DNA of 64,000 nucleotides from Chlamydiales bacterium (GTDB lineage Bacteria; Chlamydiota; Chlamydiia; Chlamydiales; Rhabdochlamydiaceae): NCBI GenBank assembly GCA_016185065.1, contig JACPOL010000003.1, positions 113,609 to 177,608 of the forward strand, read 5' to 3'. Shown piece by piece: positions 62,079 to 64,000 of this stretch (position 1 is its first letter; each line of letters starts with the position of its first letter). The notes under the pieces were generated by a model. It saw only the letters and a program-made list of their open reading frames with translations, ran no database searches and was not told where the DNA came from. The position numbers and the translations under genes were made by a program.

Positions 62079-62955
62079 GAAAAACCTCCGTTACATTGTG
62101 AAAAAAATTGGAAAAGATCATTTAAAGCCGATATGGATTTTCTTGACAATCCTTTTGATTTTTTCTGCTTGCTCGACTTCTCAGACACCTACTAATGCGG
62201 AGTTAGCCCCGGAAGAACGAGTCTGGATGGAAAAGTTTTTCAAAGATGTGATGTTAGACAATACGGCGGTATACACCTTGTGGGGATCGAAACCCATGAC
62301 GGATTTCGATATCCACTATCATTCTGAGGTAGAAGTTCGTGCATTCTTCGATGGGCTTTCAGAAGAGGAGAAAAAGAATACGGTAGTCGTCAAGGATTAC
62401 GATCTGCCTGAAAATTGGGAAAAATGGGAGCAGATTCGCTCGAAATACCGCATAAGGAATTACCTCTTTTTTAAGACTGTTGACCTAGAAGACCCTAAGT
62501 TTGCCCGTATTTCTTTTGTAAACATTAAAGAGATGGCATTTCTCTTAGTAAACCACTACACCACCTTCAAGCGAGAAACTGGTATGGATTTTGATCCTCT
62601 TAAAGTAGTGTTTGAAATAGAGAGAGGTTCGGAATTTTGGAACAAGGCGTTAAACAACTCGGTGCTTGTCGGATTATTATATGGCTTTGGACTTGAGAAC
62701 TCCTGCAGCTTTAAATGGAAGCATGGCAAACATCCTGCAATTTATGACGATTTTTGCAACTCGCTTAAATTTAGATTTAGCGATCACAACATGCACAATG
62801 CTAGCATCGCGCATTTTTCACTGCCTATTTTCGCATCTTTTTCTGAAGGAAAGGACGAAGTAATAGAGAAGTATAAAAACGAGCGTGAAATGATTAGACA
62901 ATCCTACAGGGGAAAAGATTTTCTAAATCTTACCCTTGAAAAGCTCCAACAATGA
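62077..62955 (+). CDS. Lipoprotein, hypothetical
   Basis: The ATG at 62077 gives MKNLRYIVKKIGKDHLKPIWIFLTILLIFSACS (lipobox FSAC). The track start at 61954 would run antisense through the neighbouring gene. Confidence 0.5.
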   Translation: MKNLRYIVKKIGKDHLKPIWIFLTILLIFSACSTSQTPTNAELAPEERVWMEKFFKDVMLDNTAVYTLWGSKPMTDFDIHYHSEVEVRAFFDGLSEEEKKNTVVVKDYDLPENWEKWEQIRSKYRIRNYLFFKTVDLEDPKFARISFVNIKEMAFLLVNHYTTFKRETGMDFDPLKVVFEIERGSEFWNKALNNSVLVGLLYGFGLENSCSFKWKHGKHPAIYDDFCNSLKFRFSDHNMHNASIAHFSLPIFASFSEGKDEVIEKYKNEREMIRQSYRGKDFLNLTLEKLQQ

Positions 62956-62971
62956 CAGAAGCATAGAATGA

Positions 62972-63577
62972 TTATTTACTTCTGTTTTTTTCGCTTTGAT
63001 ACGAAGAGCCCTTCTTAATTTTTATCGCTTCTAAGCGCTCTTTCCACTGATCTAGTTCTTCCTTTTCCAAGGGTACAGGAAGCGTTTGTGCATAACTTAT
63101 CGAATAGTAACCAAGATCTGAAATGAGGGATCTAACTATTCCAGAAGACTGAGGGGTATTATTCGGTGTGACATAGCTGAAAATCAGCTCACTGGGAGTG
63201 TTTTTCAGAGTAGTAAACACAACTTTTCCTGGCAGAATCTTTTTAATATGAGTTTTTTCAATTTTATCAATGCGATGTTTAGGCCAACTTGGATGAATAC
63301 CTTTCACAACAATGATTCGAATACTTTCTGTTGAATCCGCGCTTTTTCTCGACGGAGGACAGGCAATAATCATTTGAGTTGCACTGTCTAAAACTTGAAT
63401 ATCCACAGTTCTCCAATCTTTAAAGTCGGGACCAAACTCAAAGACATCTTTCAAGGTATCTGCCATGAGAGGAGACTCTTCGAATTTCAATGAGTCCTTT
63501 TGGTTTGCACCAGAAGCGTAAGCTCCTACGCATAGCAGCACACAAATAGTCAGTAAGGAAAAGTTAAGAATTTTCAT
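62972..63577 (-). CDS. Secreted hypothetical protein
   Basis: The ATG at 63577 gives MKILNFSLLTICVLLCVGAYASG (signal peptide). No other motif. Confidence 0.45.
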   Translation of the reverse strand: MKILNFSLLTICVLLCVGAYASGANQKDSLKFEESPLMADTLKDVFEFGPDFKDWRTVDIQVLDSATQMIIACPPSRKSADSTESIRIIVVKGIHPSWPKHRIDKIEKTHIKKILPGKVVFTTLKNTPSELIFSYVTPNNTPQSSGIVRSLISDLGYYSISYAQTLPVPLEKEELDQWKERLEAIKIKKGSSYQSEKNRSK

Positions 63578-63751
63578 GTAACGATCTCTCATTTATTTTA
63601 AATCGATCGCGAGAGAGATACGAAATAAAACATTTAAGAGGAATATTAAATAATCATTATTAATTAAATTATATTTTTAATTAACAAGAAAATACCTAGC
63701 AACCGTTGCTTACAAAACGAATAAAAGCATCGTTGCGCGGGTACGGAGGAG

Positions 63752-64000
63752 TTAGGGATCGGGGGCGTAGCGGAGGGTGGGGAGGTGGGTGTTGATGGCT
63801 TGGAGTTCGGCGCGGGCGCGGGCGGCGGAGGTGGGGTCGTTGAGGTTGAGGTAGCAGAGTTGTTCGCCGAGGACGATGGTGCCGCGACGGATGTAGTTGC
63901 TGTAGGTGTAGACGGAAGGATCGTTGAGGGCTTTGGCGGTGAGGTAGTCTTGTAGGGAGTTCTGGTAGTCTTTGTATACAAGAAAGATGACTGCGCGGTA
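63752..64000 (-). CDS. 3' end of a gene running off the window (TPR-like C-terminus)
   Basis: The minus frame from 64000 reads YRAVIFLVYKDYQNSLQDYLTAKALNDPSVYTYSNYIRRGTIVLGEQLCYLNLNDPTSAARARAELQAINTHLPTLRYAPDP*, stop at 63752-63754. It is absent from the ORF track because no start codon lies in the window. It has a strongly C-ending codon style. Confidence 0.55.
   Translation of the reverse strand, partial: YRAVIFLVYKDYQNSLQDYLTAKALNDPSVYTYSNYIRRGTIVLGEQLCYLNLNDPTSAARARAELQAINTHLPTLRYAPDP

Noticed and set aside
63664-63981. 105-aa minus-strand Pro/Thr/Ser-rich ORF from the track.
   Set aside because: A different minus-strand frame reads through from the window edge to a stop at 63752 with a far more protein-like, TPR-like sequence. 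The track ORF is its shadow. It also runs past that stop into AT-rich non-coding DNA.

Overview
The window looks like chromosomal DNA from a member of the phylum Chlamydiae, probably an environmental or amoeba-associated lineage rather than Chlamydiaceae. This is an inference from gene content: a SWIB-domain protein, a plant-type soluble glycerol-3-phosphate acyltransferase, a eukaryote-type UDP-sugar pyrophosphorylase, lpxB, yceD-rpmF-plsX, prfB with its programmed frameshift, and Inc-like hydrophobic architectures. About 45 kb is housekeeping backbone. It includes pcnB, lpxB, rpmF, plsX, RNase E/G, a GPAT, an M16 protease, yebC, prfB, ispD, truA, hpf, rlmN, recO and three tRNAs.

Two accessory blocks interrupt the backbone:
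- About 30.3-39.6 kb, ending at tRNA-Leu(CAA). It holds a tandem triplet of membrane-anchored paralogs whose conserved core carries a PARP-like H-Y-E ADP-ribosyltransferase signature. This is my top candidate for a novel system. It also holds a decayed toxin/antitoxin pair, two small secreted His-rich paralogs, and an MqsR-like toxin paired with an MqsA-type ZnF-HTH antitoxin fused to a Panacea (DUF4065) domain.
- About 49.2-63.75 kb, an AT-rich block. It holds a 712-744 aa secreted TPR protein with a toxin-like C-terminal module, followed by eight immunity-like small genes (polymorphic-toxin architecture). It also holds a 929-aa Sel1-repeat protein, a DMT-transporter/FkbM-methyltransferase fusion convergent with a divergent SAH-hydrolase-fold protein, and several secreted proteins or lipoproteins.

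Other notable items are a tightly coupled hpf-HsdR_N-DUF115-MORN-DUF115 operon next to a receiver-less sigma-54 activator, an Ala-rich protein with four repeat modules, and several long (about 125-170 bp) imperfect palindromic intergenic elements. No rRNA, CRISPR array, integrase or transposase was seen. All family assignments come from motif recognition by eye, and no database search was run.
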